From an uncultured bacterium (GTDB lineage Bacteria > Dictyoglomota > Dictyoglomia > Dictyoglomales > Dictyoglomaceae): 64,000 bases of DNA. The position numbers were made by a program, and so were the translations under genes. The notes under the pieces were generated by a model that made no database searches, had not been told where the DNA came from, and saw only the letters and a list, made by a program, of their open reading frames with translations. Shown here in pieces: positions 1 to 9,506 of the stretch. Position 1 is the stretch's first letter, and each line of letters begins with the position of its first letter. The stretch covers positions 6,108 through 70,107 of the forward strand of contig CALHLF010000010.1 of the NCBI GenBank assembly GCA_938034905.1. Reading direction: 5' to 3'.

Positions 1-351
1 TTCCACATGGGCTAATGGTATATGAAGTTTTGAGGTAGCTAAGGCCCCCGCCAAGGTAGAATTTGTATCTCCATAGACAATTACAAGATCAGGTTTTTCC
101 TTTATTAAAATCTTTTCTATTCCCATTAACATTCTTCCTGTTTGTTCTCCATGAAAACCTGAACCAATCCCAAGATTGTAATCTGGCTCAGAAATCTCAA
201 GCTCTTTAAAGAATATTTCATTCATATTATCATCATAATGTTGGCCAGTATGAAGGATAATTTCATTTATTCCTTTTTTTCTCAATTCTGTAGATAAAGG
301 AGCAAGTTTAATAAATTGGGGACGAGCACCTACTATAGAGACTATTTTCAT
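1..351 (-). CDS. wecB: UDP-N-acetylglucosamine 2-epimerase, N-terminal part (gene runs off the left window edge)
   Basis: Not in ORF track. Hand translation of the minus strand from ATG 349-351 gives [44 protein letters not shown], a typical epimerase N-terminus. It starts 2 nt after the stop of the capD-like gene. Confidence 0.85.
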   Translation of the reverse strand, partial: MKIVSIVGARPQFIKLAPLSTELRKKGINEIILHTGQHYDDNMNEIFFKELEISEPDYNLGIGSGFHGEQTGRMLMGIEKILIKEKPDLVIVYGDTNSTLAGALATSKLHIPLAHVE

Positions 352-353
352 TT

Positions 354-2231
354 TTATCCTAAAATTTTTTCCTTATTCTTATAATTCTTCTTACTTAATT
401 CAATAATATCCTTTAAAACCTCCCAAATTTTTTCTTTATCCCTTGTTTTTGTTACACTTTCCAATTTCTCAAGTTTTTCTTCAAATATATAAGAATCTAA
501 ATGATTTGGAGATGCTATTTTAAAAATCTTCGGATGCTCTGTCTTTTCTATTATCTCCTCCTTCTCCCATAACTCTTCTTTTAATTTTTCTCCAGGACGA
601 AGCCCAGTTATTTTTATTTCAATGTCTCCTAAATCATATCCTGAAAGCCCAATGAAATTTTTCGCAAGATCTATTATTTTCATTGGTTTTCCCATATCAA
701 GAACAAATAAATCCCCTGATTTTCCTATAACTCCTGCTTGCAAAACAAGTCCCACTGCCTCTGGAATAGTCATAAAGTATCTTTCCATATCAGGGTGAGT
801 AACAGTAATAGGGCCTCCCTGCTCTATTTGTTTTCTAAACACTTCAAGAACACTTCCCCTACTTCCTAATACATTACCAAATCTTACTGCAATAAACTCT
901 GTTTCTGAATTTAAAGCATAATATTTTACAAGTATCTCTCCTATTCTTTTTGTTGCCCCCATGATATTTGTAGGATACACTGCTTTATCTGTAGATATAA
1001 ATATAAATCTTTTTACCCTAACTTCTCTTGATGCATCCATAACGTTAATGGTACCAAAGATATTATTAAAAACTGCCTCATCAGGATTTTCCTCCATCAA
1101 AGGCACATGCTTATGAGCTGCAGAGTGAAAAACAATATCGGGTTTTTCTTTAGAGAAAATATAAAAGATCTTGTTTCTGTCTTTTATATCTGCGATATAG
1201 GGTTTTATCTCTATATTAGGAAAGTTTCTCCTTAATTCTAAATCAATATTAAATATACTATTCTCTCCTCTCCCCAAAAGTATAAGTCTTTGGGGATTAT
1301 AAATTGCTACTTGTCTACATATCTCTGAACCAATAGAGCCCCCTGCTCCTGTAACTAATATAATTTTTTCTTTTAAGTAATTTCCTATCTTCTCAATATC
1401 AAGATTAATTTGATCCCTTTCTAAAAGGTCTTCTATTTTCACATTTCTTATCTTATTTATACTTATCCTTCCATCAATAAGCTCCCAAATCCCAGGCAAA
1501 GTTTTAATGGAAATTCTCATTTTAGATGTGAGATTAATAATATTTCTAATTAAAGAAGGAGGAGCAGAGGGAATAGCAATAAGAACTTCATGAATATTTT
1601 TTTCCCTAATAATCTTTGGTAATGAGGATATAGGACCTAAAACCTTAATACCATGAATAGATTTTCCTATTTTCTTAGGATCATCATCTAAAAAGCCTAA
1701 GACCTCATAGTTTAATTCATTGTGAGATTTTATCTCTCTTAATATTTTCTCACCTGCATCTCCTGCTCCAATTAAGACTACCCTTTTATAAGAGGAGTTG
1801 GAGTATCTTTTAGTTCTACCCCTTTCATGTAGCCAACGGGTTAAAGCTCTATACGAAAAGAGGAAAAGAATAGTAGTAAAATAAGATATAAAAATTATTG
1901 ATCTTGGAAGGCCAATTATAGGAAAAAATAAATGGGAAAGATATAAAAGGAGTTTTTCCAAAGTTATAAATAGGACTAAGTCCTTCAAACTTTCCAAACT
2001 AAAATATTCCCATAAAGAGGAATAAATCTTGAAAATAAGAAAATAAAAAATTAAAAACAAAGGAATTTCTCTTAATAAAAGAAGATAAAATATTTTCCAA
2101 TATTGAGGAGGAAATGTAAATTCAAATCTCAAGAAAAAGGAAAAGATTAAGGAAAATATAAAGGAGAAGGTATCAAGAAGTATATGAAGGTAAAAGTTTT
2201 TTTGTAAATTCAGTATCTTACTTAAATTCAT
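354..2231 (-). CDS. membrane-bound polysaccharide biosynthesis nucleotide-sugar dehydratase/epimerase (CapD/PglF/WbpM type)
   Basis: 625 aa with an N-terminal multi-TM region and two Rossmann motifs ([15 protein letters not shown]). The length is typical of the family. Confidence 0.85.
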   Translation of the reverse strand: MNLSKILNLQKNFYLHILLDTFSFIFSLIFSFFLRFEFTFPPQYWKIFYLLLLREIPLFLIFYFLIFKIYSSLWEYFSLESLKDLVLFITLEKLLLYLSHLFFPIIGLPRSIIFISYFTTILFLFSYRALTRWLHERGRTKRYSNSSYKRVVLIGAGDAGEKILREIKSHNELNYEVLGFLDDDPKKIGKSIHGIKVLGPISSLPKIIREKNIHEVLIAIPSAPPSLIRNIINLTSKMRISIKTLPGIWELIDGRISINKIRNVKIEDLLERDQINLDIEKIGNYLKEKIILVTGAGGSIGSEICRQVAIYNPQRLILLGRGENSIFNIDLELRRNFPNIEIKPYIADIKDRNKIFYIFSKEKPDIVFHSAAHKHVPLMEENPDEAVFNNIFGTINVMDASREVRVKRFIFISTDKAVYPTNIMGATKRIGEILVKYYALNSETEFIAVRFGNVLGSRGSVLEVFRKQIEQGGPITVTHPDMERYFMTIPEAVGLVLQAGVIGKSGDLFVLDMGKPMKIIDLAKNFIGLSGYDLGDIEIKITGLRPGEKLKEELWEKEEIIEKTEHPKIFKIASPNHLDSYIFEEKLEKLESVTKTRDKEKIWEVLKDIIELSKKNYKNKEKILG

Positions 2232-2278
2232 TTTTCTTCTCCCTTAAAAGTCTCTCAAGCAATTTTTTACTAGTAGAA

Positions 2279-2287
2279 ATTTTACCA
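2279..2287 (-). promoter_or_regulatory. candidate extended -10 (TGgTAAAAT) for the capD-wecB operon
   Basis: The reverse complement of attttacca is tggtaaaat. There is no usable -35, and a CRP-like box is centred about 30 nt upstream of the hexamer. Confidence 0.4.
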
Positions 2288-2306
2288 TTTTTCCTCTATT
2301 AAAAAA

Positions 2307-2322
2307 AGTGATCTATATCACA
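2307..2322. promoter_or_regulatory. CRP-type palindromic box aGTGATCTATATCACA
   Basis: Perfect GTGAT-N4-ATCAC inverted repeat in the divergent capD / Rrf2 intergenic region. It matches TGTGA-N6-TCACA at 9 of 10 positions. Confidence 0.45.
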
Positions 2323-2345
2323 TTATTTTAGAAAGAAAGTTCTTA

Positions 2346-2374
2346 TTGACATACACTTTATTAAGTCATAAAAT
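2346..2374 (+). promoter_or_regulatory. sigma-70-like promoter of the Rrf2-iscU-osmC operon
   Basis: TTGACA (2346-2351), 17-nt spacer, TAAAAT (2369-2374), about 40 nt upstream of the ATG. Confidence 0.55.
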
Positions 2375-2415
2375 AATCCTAAAAAAGTAGTAATTAAAAA
2401 AGAGGTGTAGAAAAA

Positions 2416-2835
2416 ATGAAATTGTCCACAAGATCAAGATACGGTTTAAGAGCTTTAATTTATCTTGCTAATAATCAAGATAAATTCCCTATAAGTGTAA
2501 GGACCATATCTCAAAATGAAGAAATTCCCTTAAGATATTTAGAAAGGATTATGAGGATTCTTTCACAAAAGAATTTTGTAAAAGCAGAGGTAGGTGCTGA
2601 AGGTGGATATAGATTAAACAAGAGACCTGAGGATATTAGTATCTTCGATGTAATAGAGGCCTTAGAGGGGAGGTTAACCTTAGTGATATGTTTAGAAAAC
2701 TCTTCCAAATGTAAGAGGGTACCCCTTTGTGCTTCAAGACCTCTTTGGAAGGAGTTAAATGATGCTTTGATAAACATCCTTAAAAAATATACTTTGAAGG
2801 ATTTTGTCCTTTCAAAGAAATCTTTGGAGGTATAA
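2416..2835 (+). CDS. Rrf2 family transcriptional regulator (IscR-like)
   Basis: MKLSTRSRYGLRALIYLA N-terminal wHTH typical of Rrf2, plus a C-terminal Cys cluster (C..C....C). RBS AGAGGTG. Confidence 0.85.
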   Translation: MKLSTRSRYGLRALIYLANNQDKFPISVRTISQNEEIPLRYLERIMRILSQKNFVKAEVGAEGGYRLNKRPEDISIFDVIEALEGRLTLVICLENSSKCKRVPLCASRPLWKELNDALINILKKYTLKDFVLSKKSLEV

Positions 2836-2840
2836 ATATT

Positions 2841-3467
2841 ATGCCATTACAATATTCTGAAATAGTTCTTGAGCACTTTAGAAATCCAAGAAATGTTGGG
2901 ATAATAGAAGATGCAGATGCTATGGCTATAGAAGGAAGTCCTGCATGTGGAGATCAAATTGTGGTTTATCTAAAGGTGGATAAGGAGACAAAAAAGATAA
3001 CTGATATAAAATTTCAATCCTTTGGATGTGCCTCAAATATTGCCACTGGATCTATGCTTACGGAAATGGTCAAGGGAAAAACCATAGATGAAGCCCTGAG
3101 AATCACATGGAAGGATGTTGCTGAGGCTCTTGGAGGACTTCCACCTGTAAAGATGCATTGCTCTGTATTAGCTGTTGATGGACTAAAGTCTGCAATTAAA
3201 AATTACTTAGGAGAAAAAAGGGAAGAAAAATTTACAAAAGAAGATCTTGTTAATATTTTATCTAAGATTTTATATCCAAATCTTTCAATAGATATTGTTT
3301 CTCTAAAAATGGTAAATTATATAAATATAAATGAGAAAGGCAAGGTTTATATTGAGTTAGTGGTTTCCCCAGAAGATCCCTTTAGGAATCATATAAAAGA
3401 GGAAATAGAAGAAAAGTTAAAAAAGGTTCCAGAGGTAAAGGAAATTGAAATAAAATTTGTTTACTAA
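2841..3467 (+). CDS. iscU: IscU/NifU-type Fe-S scaffold fused to a C-terminal DUF59 (MIP18/SufT-like) domain
   Basis: The three scaffold Cys motifs are present (SPACGD, FGCASNIA, KMHCSVLA). The last ~75 aa (ILYPNLSIDIVSLKMV...YIELVV) resemble DUF59. Confidence 0.8.
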   Translation: MPLQYSEIVLEHFRNPRNVGIIEDADAMAIEGSPACGDQIVVYLKVDKETKKITDIKFQSFGCASNIATGSMLTEMVKGKTIDEALRITWKDVAEALGGLPPVKMHCSVLAVDGLKSAIKNYLGEKREEKFTKEDLVNILSKILYPNLSIDIVSLKMVNYININEKGKVYIELVVSPEDPFRNHIKEEIEEKLKKVPEVKEIEIKFVY

Positions 3468-3478
3468 GGAGGTGCCTT

Positions 3479-3913
3479 ATGAGAATTGTTACCTTTAAAG
3501 CAAAGGGAAGTTGGTTGGGAAATTTAAAAGTTGAAACAAAAATTAGAGATAAATTTACCATAAATATGGATGAACCTACATCCCTTGGAGGGGAGGATTC
3601 TGGCCCAAATCCTGTAGAGGTAGTTTTAGCCTCTTTAATTGGATGTTTAGGTATTGTAATCTCTATAGTTGCAAAGGAAAGAAATATTCCTATAAATAAT
3701 CTAGAAATCTATGCAGAAGGAGATTTAAATCCAGAAGGATTTATGGGAAATCCAGAAGTTAGAGCAGGATATCAAGAAGTTAGGGTGAGGATAAAGATTG
3801 ATTCTCCTTTAGAAAGGGAGAAATTGCAAGAGCTATTACAATTAGTTGAAAGGAGATGTCCTGTATCAGATATCATTAAAAATCCAGTAAATTTAAGTAT
3901 TAATTTGGAATAA
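3479..3913 (+). CDS. OsmC family protein (peroxiredoxin-like)
   Basis: 144 aa with GGEDSGPNPVE, LIGCLG and RCPVS motifs typical of the OsmC/Ohr fold. Confidence 0.8.
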   Translation: MRIVTFKAKGSWLGNLKVETKIRDKFTINMDEPTSLGGEDSGPNPVEVVLASLIGCLGIVISIVAKERNIPINNLEIYAEGDLNPEGFMGNPEVRAGYQEVRVRIKIDSPLEREKLQELLQLVERRCPVSDIIKNPVNLSINLE

Positions 3914-3926
3914 TTTAAAGCTTTCT

Positions 3927-4937
3927 TCATAAATGGAATCTTATATAAATTACATCACCATCTTTAACAATATATTCCTTCTTTTCAACAGAAATTAGAC
4001 CATTCTGGTGGGCAGTTTTCCAACTGCCCACCAATATCAACTTATCCCAAGGAATAACTTCTGCTCTTATAAATCCTTTTGCCAAATCCGTATGTATTGT
4101 GCCTGCAGCTTCTAGTACAGAACTTCCTCTCTTCAATTTCCAAGCTCTTACTTCTTTCTCATTTCCTGTAAAAAAGGTGATCCAATCAAAATAATTAAAA
4201 ATTAGATCATAAATTCTTTCTTTAATGGATTTTTCAAAACCAAATAAAGAAAGATACTCCAAAGCATCCTTCTTATCCATATCTAAGACCTCTTCCTCTA
4301 AACTTGCGGAAAAAACAAGATATTTCTTTTTTTCCTTATCTAATAGGTTTTTAATGGAACTTATATTTTTTTCCTCTTCTAAGAGGGATTGGGAAAGGTT
4401 AATTAAGTAAAATATAGGTTTTAGACTTATAAAATTCCAAGAGATTAACATTTTTATTTCATCTGCTTTTAAATCACAGGAATTTAAAAGTCTTTCTTCC
4501 ATCAAATATTGATGAACCTTTTCCAAAAGAGTCCTTTCTGCAACATTAATTCTTCTGTCCTTAAGAAGCCTCTCACAAAGATCTAAATCATTCAATATAA
4601 TCTCATTTTCCTCTTCCTTTATTTCCTTTAAAGGATCTCTTTCTTCAAGAAAAAGGGGAATTATATAAAAAATAAGATCAGATCTTTGAATATAGGTAGT
4701 AAGTTGAGGGGTTCTCTTTGTAAAACTTGCTTCCATAGGGAAGTCTATGAAATCTAGATAAATGGGAGTTAAGGTCTTGCTTTGAAAAACCTTTGAGAGA
4801 GGGATTAATCTCTCGTCCTCTTTGGGAACAGCATAAATATTTATATCAAAGGGTTTTATATTTCCTTTTCCTTGAGAGAGGATCTTTAAAAGGGTACTTT
4901 TCCCTGACCCCTTTCTTCCTAAAATTAAAATAGACAT
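3927..4937 (-). CDS. ychF: YchF-like P-loop ATPase/GTPase with a divergent N-terminal G domain
   Basis: The C-terminus (FFTGNEKEVRAWKLKRGS..AAGTIHTDLAKGFIRAEV..YIVKDGDVIYIRF) is clearly the YchF TGS-like domain. The P-loop is GRKGSGKST rather than the usual GLPNVGKST. Confidence 0.7.
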   Translation of the reverse strand: MSILILGRKGSGKSTLLKILSQGKGNIKPFDINIYAVPKEDERLIPLSKVFQSKTLTPIYLDFIDFPMEASFTKRTPQLTTYIQRSDLIFYIIPLFLEERDPLKEIKEEENEIILNDLDLCERLLKDRRINVAERTLLEKVHQYLMEERLLNSCDLKADEIKMLISWNFISLKPIFYLINLSQSLLEEEKNISSIKNLLDKEKKKYLVFSASLEEEVLDMDKKDALEYLSLFGFEKSIKERIYDLIFNYFDWITFFTGNEKEVRAWKLKRGSSVLEAAGTIHTDLAKGFIRAEVIPWDKLILVGSWKTAHQNGLISVEKKEYIVKDGDVIYIRFHL

Positions 4938-4939
4938 TT

Positions 4940-5356
4940 TTATATATCAAAGACTACTTGGATACACCACTGATCCCCTTGATTTTCTATCTTAAGTAAA
5001 TTATAAGTTACTGCTTTTATTTCCCTTTGTAGGGTGTGTTTTTTGGGATCAAATTTTTCTCCATATCCATGACTTATTAATTGTTCATTTCCTATTAAAA
5101 TTACTTCAAATCTTTTAAATATAAGACCCTTTACTTCAAAAACATACAAAAGCTCGTTTAGCCAAGTAACCAATAAAGATTCCAAATCTTCAGCATCTAC
5201 TTCAATATCAAATCTTGTTTTTTCAGAGATATCCGAGATAGGAGTGATCAAGTCAAACATTGCTTCAGCACAAGCTTCAAAAGCAGACTCCTTTGTGGGT
5301 CCATAAGCGATAACCCCTATATCTGCAGTATGATCTAAAAGTTCATATCTTTTCAT
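4940..5356 (-). CDS. archease
   Basis: 138 aa. The N-terminal [12 protein letters not shown] motif and the length match the archease family. The start overlaps the gyrA stop (ATGA). Confidence 0.8.
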   Translation of the reverse strand: MKRYELLDHTADIGVIAYGPTKESAFEACAEAMFDLITPISDISEKTRFDIEVDAEDLESLLVTWLNELLYVFEVKGLIFKRFEVILIGNEQLISHGYGEKFDPKKHTLQREIKAVTYNLLKIENQGDQWCIQVVFDI

Positions 5357-7782
5357 CTTTTAGTCATTTCATCTATTAAATCTAAGGAAATAACTTGATC
5401 CTCTAAAGAAAGGGAGACTAATTTAACTCCTTGAGAATTTCTTTTTTGAAGAGGTATAGAACTTCCTGCAAGTCTTATAATCTGTCCCTTTGAAGTACTT
5501 AAAAGAATCTCATTTTCTTCTGATACTTCCTTAACTTGAATTAATTCTCCTGTCTTATCTGAAATTTTTATCCCTTTTATCCCCTTTCCTCCTCTTCTTT
5601 GAACATGAAATTCATTAATACTGACCCTTTTCCCAAATCCCTTAGAGGTTACTAAGAGAATATCCTTTCCCTCTTTAACAACAATTCCACCAATAACTTT
5701 GTCTTTATCTTGCAATCTAATACCCCTAACTCCTTGAGCATTTCTTCCCATCTCCCTAACTTCTTTTTCCTTTATTCTAATGGTAAAACCTTTTTTGGTA
5801 AAGAACATTACCTCATCTTCTCCAGAAGTTAAGAGGACATTTACTAAGAAATTATCTTTTTCCAAATCTATTGCATTTATTCCTCCCTTTCTTATATTTA
5901 AGAATTCCTTAAATGAGGTTTTCTTAACTATTCCGTTGGAGGTAATAAAGAATAGATATTTATTTTCGAGATTTGAGTTTATAGAAATTATTTCAGTAAT
6001 TTTTTCATTCTCATTTAGATTAATATATTCCCTTAGGGGAACACCCTTGCTTTGTCTTGATGTCTCTGATAATTCATAGGTTTTTATTGAATAAACCTTT
6101 CCCAAATTACTAAAAAATAAAAGAGTGCTTTTAGTTGATGTTATAGTAAGATTTGTTATTATATCCTGTTGATGGTTCGCCAAGGTATTTAATCCCTTTC
6201 CTCCCCTCTTTTGAAGTTGATAAAGGGAAAGGGGAAGTCTTTTTATATATCCCTCCTGGGTTATACATACTACTTCTGGATTATCTGACAATAAATCCTC
6301 AATGGTAAAGGTTTCCTTTTCCTCCTCCTGAATTTCTGTCCTTCTTTTATCAGAATATTTCTTTTTTATTTCCTTTAATTCCTCGGCAATTTCTCCCCAT
6401 AATAGTTTTTCATCGGCAAGAATATTTTTTAATTTCTCAATCTCAGAATATAGAGATTTTGCTTCTTTTTCTATCTTTTCTCTTTCCAACGTGGTTAATT
6501 GTTGCAGTCTCATCTCTAAGATTGCTTGAGCTTGGGCTTGGGTAAGTTTGAATTTTAAAATTAAATTATCCCTTGCCTTTTCAGTATTCTGAGAGCTTTT
6601 TATAATCTTTATCACCTCATCAAGATTTTGTAAAGCAATTAATAATCCCTCTAACACATGAACTCTTTTCTGAGCCCTTTCCAAATCATATTTTATTCTT
6701 CTTGTAACAACCTCTTTTCTATGATCTAAAAATACCTTTAAGAGTTCCAAAAGATTAAATAACTTAGGTTGTCCATCAAGAACTGCTAAAAGGATTGTTC
6801 CATAAGTAACTTCTAAAGGTGTATGTTTGTATAATTGATTTATTATTATTTTAGGATCTATCTCCCTTTTGAGTTCAATAACGATCCTTATTCCATGTCT
6901 ATCAGATTCATCTCTCAAATCCTTTATTCCCTGTATCTTCTTTTCCTGAACTAATTCAGCAATTTGAGTTAAGAGATTTGCTTTATTAACTTGATATGGA
7001 ATCTCAGTTATTATTATACTCTTCTCTCCCTTTTTATTCTCTTCAACTCTTAATCTTGCCCTTATAGTTATCTTACCTTTACCTGTAAGATAACTTTCCC
7101 TTATTCCCTTCTTACCTACTATTATCCCTCCTGTGGGAAAGTCTGGACCAGGAATTATTTTTAAAATATCTTCAATATCTGAATTGGGATTTTCTATCAA
7201 ATAAAGGAGGGCATCGATAATCTCTGAAAGATTATGGGGAGGAATATTTGTTGCCATTCCCACTGCAATCCCAGAAGCCCCATTAATCAATAATTGGGGA
7301 ATTTTTGAGGGTAATACTACTGGTTCCTTTAACGAATTATCATAATTGGGAAGAAAATCTACAACATTTTTATCTAAACCCTCTAAAATTTCCATAGAAA
7401 TTGGGGTTAATCTGACCTCAGTATATCGCATTGCTGCAGGCTCATCACCATCTATGGAACCAAAATTTCCATGGCCATCTATCAGGGGATATCTAAAGGA
7501 AAAATCTTGTGCCATTCTTACTAAAGCATCATATACTGCAGCATCTCCATGGGGATGATATCTCCCTAAAACATTTCCCACAACATGTGCACTCTTCTTA
7601 TAGGGTTTACCCGCGTGAATTCCAGATTCGTACATGGAATAAAGAATTCTTCTCTGAACAGGCTTTAATCCATCCCTTGCCTCAGGCAAAGCACGCCCTA
7701 CGATTACGCTCATAGCGTAATCTAAATATGAAGCTTCCATTTCCTTTTCTAATCCAACTAAAAAAATCCTACTTTTCTCCAT
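5353..7782 (-). CDS. gyrA: DNA gyrase subunit A
   Basis: 809 aa with [22 protein letters not shown] (catalytic Tyr) and a C-terminal beta-pinwheel repeat region. Confidence 0.97.
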   Translation of the reverse strand: MEKSRIFLVGLEKEMEASYLDYAMSVIVGRALPEARDGLKPVQRRILYSMYESGIHAGKPYKKSAHVVGNVLGRYHPHGDAAVYDALVRMAQDFSFRYPLIDGHGNFGSIDGDEPAAMRYTEVRLTPISMEILEGLDKNVVDFLPNYDNSLKEPVVLPSKIPQLLINGASGIAVGMATNIPPHNLSEIIDALLYLIENPNSDIEDILKIIPGPDFPTGGIIVGKKGIRESYLTGKGKITIRARLRVEENKKGEKSIIITEIPYQVNKANLLTQIAELVQEKKIQGIKDLRDESDRHGIRIVIELKREIDPKIIINQLYKHTPLEVTYGTILLAVLDGQPKLFNLLELLKVFLDHRKEVVTRRIKYDLERAQKRVHVLEGLLIALQNLDEVIKIIKSSQNTEKARDNLILKFKLTQAQAQAILEMRLQQLTTLEREKIEKEAKSLYSEIEKLKNILADEKLLWGEIAEELKEIKKKYSDKRRTEIQEEEKETFTIEDLLSDNPEVVCITQEGYIKRLPLSLYQLQKRGGKGLNTLANHQQDIITNLTITSTKSTLLFFSNLGKVYSIKTYELSETSRQSKGVPLREYINLNENEKITEIISINSNLENKYLFFITSNGIVKKTSFKEFLNIRKGGINAIDLEKDNFLVNVLLTSGEDEVMFFTKKGFTIRIKEKEVREMGRNAQGVRGIRLQDKDKVIGGIVVKEGKDILLVTSKGFGKRVSINEFHVQRRGGKGIKGIKISDKTGELIQVKEVSEENEILLSTSKGQIIRLAGSSIPLQKRNSQGVKLVSLSLEDQVISLDLIDEMTKR

Positions 7783-7854
7783 ATTTCCCTGTTTAATTGG
7801 TCTAATAAGATTTTTATAAAGTCTTTTTATTTTATCATATAAAAATTATTTTTT

Positions 7855-8508
7855 CTATAAGAGCTGTTTAGTGGTAAAATGAACAATTAAAAGAGTTCCA
7901 GAAGAAATTTTTATTTTTGCCTTCTTTGATATAAATTCATTGCTAATTCCCCTTGTTAAACTTCTATATAGTATTCCATTATTTAGAGGATATTTAAGCC
8001 CTTCTAAAGTGATACCTTCCACCTTTTCGGATAAGGGGAGGAGAGAGATTATTTCTCCCTCCTTTCCCCCAAATATCTTTTCCTCTACTCCCAACATTAA
8101 GGTGATTCTTATTTTTTCATCAAGTATTAAAACTTCTATTCCCTTCTCTTTTACCCTTTCTAAGAAGAATAAATTGGAAAGGGTATGATCTATTCTTCTT
8201 CCCAAAAGCCCAATAAAATAAATAATTTTAGGATTATATTTTAAAGCTTCTCTTACTGCTAACTCTAAATCAGTCTCATCTTTTTCCTTTGGATATATTC
8301 TCCATTCTATTTTTTCCCCTTTTATTTTTTCTAAAATATCATTGGAGATAGAGTCCATATCTCCAACTATAATATCCGGAAAAAGATTCATATTTAATGC
8401 TAATCTTGTTCCACCATCTGCACAAATAATTTTGTCCACAGGAAGAATTTCTTCTAATTCTTCTCTTGTTAATTTATTTTCTCCATTAGTAAAGATTAAT
8501 ATCTTCAT
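7855..8508 (-). CDS. thiN: thiamine pyrophosphokinase
   Basis: TPK-like sequence (MKILIFTNGE.., CADGG, GDMDS, C-terminal thiamine-binding domain). I prefer the internal ATG at 8506-8508, which forms an ATGA overlap with the thiT stop, over the track start at 8568. Confidence 0.8.
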   Translation of the reverse strand: MKILIFTNGENKLTREELEEILPVDKIICADGGTRLALNMNLFPDIIVGDMDSISNDILEKIKGEKIEWRIYPKEKDETDLELAVREALKYNPKIIYFIGLLGRRIDHTLSNLFFLERVKEKGIEVLILDEKIRITLMLGVEEKIFGGKEGEIISLLPLSEKVEGITLEGLKYPLNNGILYRSLTRGISNEFISKKAKIKISSGTLLIVHFTTKQLL

Positions 8509-9314
8509 TGTTGGGAAGAAATAGCCTGTTTTAGCCTGGGATAAATAATTAATATCAGTGGCAAGCAAACGAAGGTGCTGGGCATAACTACAAATAGATT
8601 ATATATTAAAGAATATAACCAAGCAGGAGTTCCGGGAGGTGCATATTGGGAGAAGAAAATTATTCCCGATAGGAAATGAGCAAATAATCTTCCTAAGCCC
8701 CCAATAAAAATACCCAACTCTAAAGGTTCTGCTATTTTTCTTAAATATGCACCATATATTAAAAGAATGCCTCCTAAAATTCCTGCAATAAGAATTACAA
8801 TTCTTGATATGGGATACCATCTTAACTTAAATTCTAAATCTTTAATCTCCTCTTCTACTTCCTTCTTTTCCTCTCCTGATAAGGTATCAAGCTTTAATTT
8901 TAACTCTTCTAAACTTTTTTGAGCCTGAGGAAGTTCCGATGAAATATTAAAAAAGAAGATCACTGACCCTAAAAGAAAGAGAAGAGCTATTACAATTGAT
9001 ATAACCCTTGAGATCTTTAAATTTTTAATTATACCTGCCAAACCTATTAATGCAAAGGCTATAGGGTAATCTAATATATATTGAAACCAGTGAACCACAT
9101 AAAGATCCTGAAGGGAATGAACCAAACCGTAAACTAATCCTACAAACATTCCAGGAACTAATCCCCATCTTAGGGTAAATATGAATAATGGCAACATTTG
9201 GAGACTAATACTTCCTCCTTGGGGCATCTCACCAATTTTCAGATACCAAAGAAGTAAAGCCAAGGCAATACTCATTCCACCCTCTGTTAGGATTCTAATA
9301 GCTTTTCCCCTCAT
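8505..9314 (-). CDS. thiT: thiamine transporter ThiT (ECF S-component / YuaJ family) with a large internal insertion
   Basis: The signature FAHFLSGIIFFSQYAPPG resembles the ThiT motif (F.HF.AGIIFWSQYA). It is directly preceded by a TPP riboswitch. At 269 aa it is longer than the ThiT proteins I recall, owing to an inserted TM-coil-TM segment. Confidence 0.8.
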   Translation of the reverse strand: MRGKAIRILTEGGMSIALALLLWYLKIGEMPQGGSISLQMLPLFIFTLRWGLVPGMFVGLVYGLVHSLQDLYVVHWFQYILDYPIAFALIGLAGIIKNLKISRVISIVIALLFLLGSVIFFFNISSELPQAQKSLEELKLKLDTLSGEEKKEVEEEIKDLEFKLRWYPISRIVILIAGILGGILLIYGAYLRKIAEPLELGIFIGGLGRLFAHFLSGIIFFSQYAPPGTPAWLYSLIYNLFVVMPSTFVCLPLILIIYPRLKQAISSQQ

Positions 9315-9331
9315 TTTTAAACCTCCTTAAT

Positions 9332-9371
9332 AAAAAAAATTAAGTTCCTTACCAGCTAAGGCAAGGAACTT
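9332..9371 (-). terminator. intrinsic terminator forming the expression platform of the TPP riboswitch
   Basis: The minus strand reads AAGTTCCTTGCC TTAGCTGG TAAGGAACTT followed by AATTTTTTTT, then RBS AAGGAGG and the thiT ATG. Confidence 0.8.
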
Positions 9372-9375
9372 ATTT

Positions 9376-9476
9376 TTATCTCCCTCCCTTCGCTGGCATT
9401 ACCCAGATCAGGTTCCAAGGGTCGGTAGCTTCTGCTACCCTCTCAGCCCCAGTATCAGGAGCTCCCCTGGGAAAGT
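9376..9476 (-). promoter_or_regulatory. TPP (THI-box) riboswitch aptamer
   Basis: The minus strand reads GGGGAGC..CTGAGAGG..ACCCTTGGAACCTGATCTGGGTAATGCCAGCGAAGGGA, matching the conserved THI-element core. It forms a GC-rich island in AT-rich DNA. Confidence 0.92.
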
Positions 9477-9506
9477 TATATATTTTAAATAATTATATCA
9501 CAAAAT

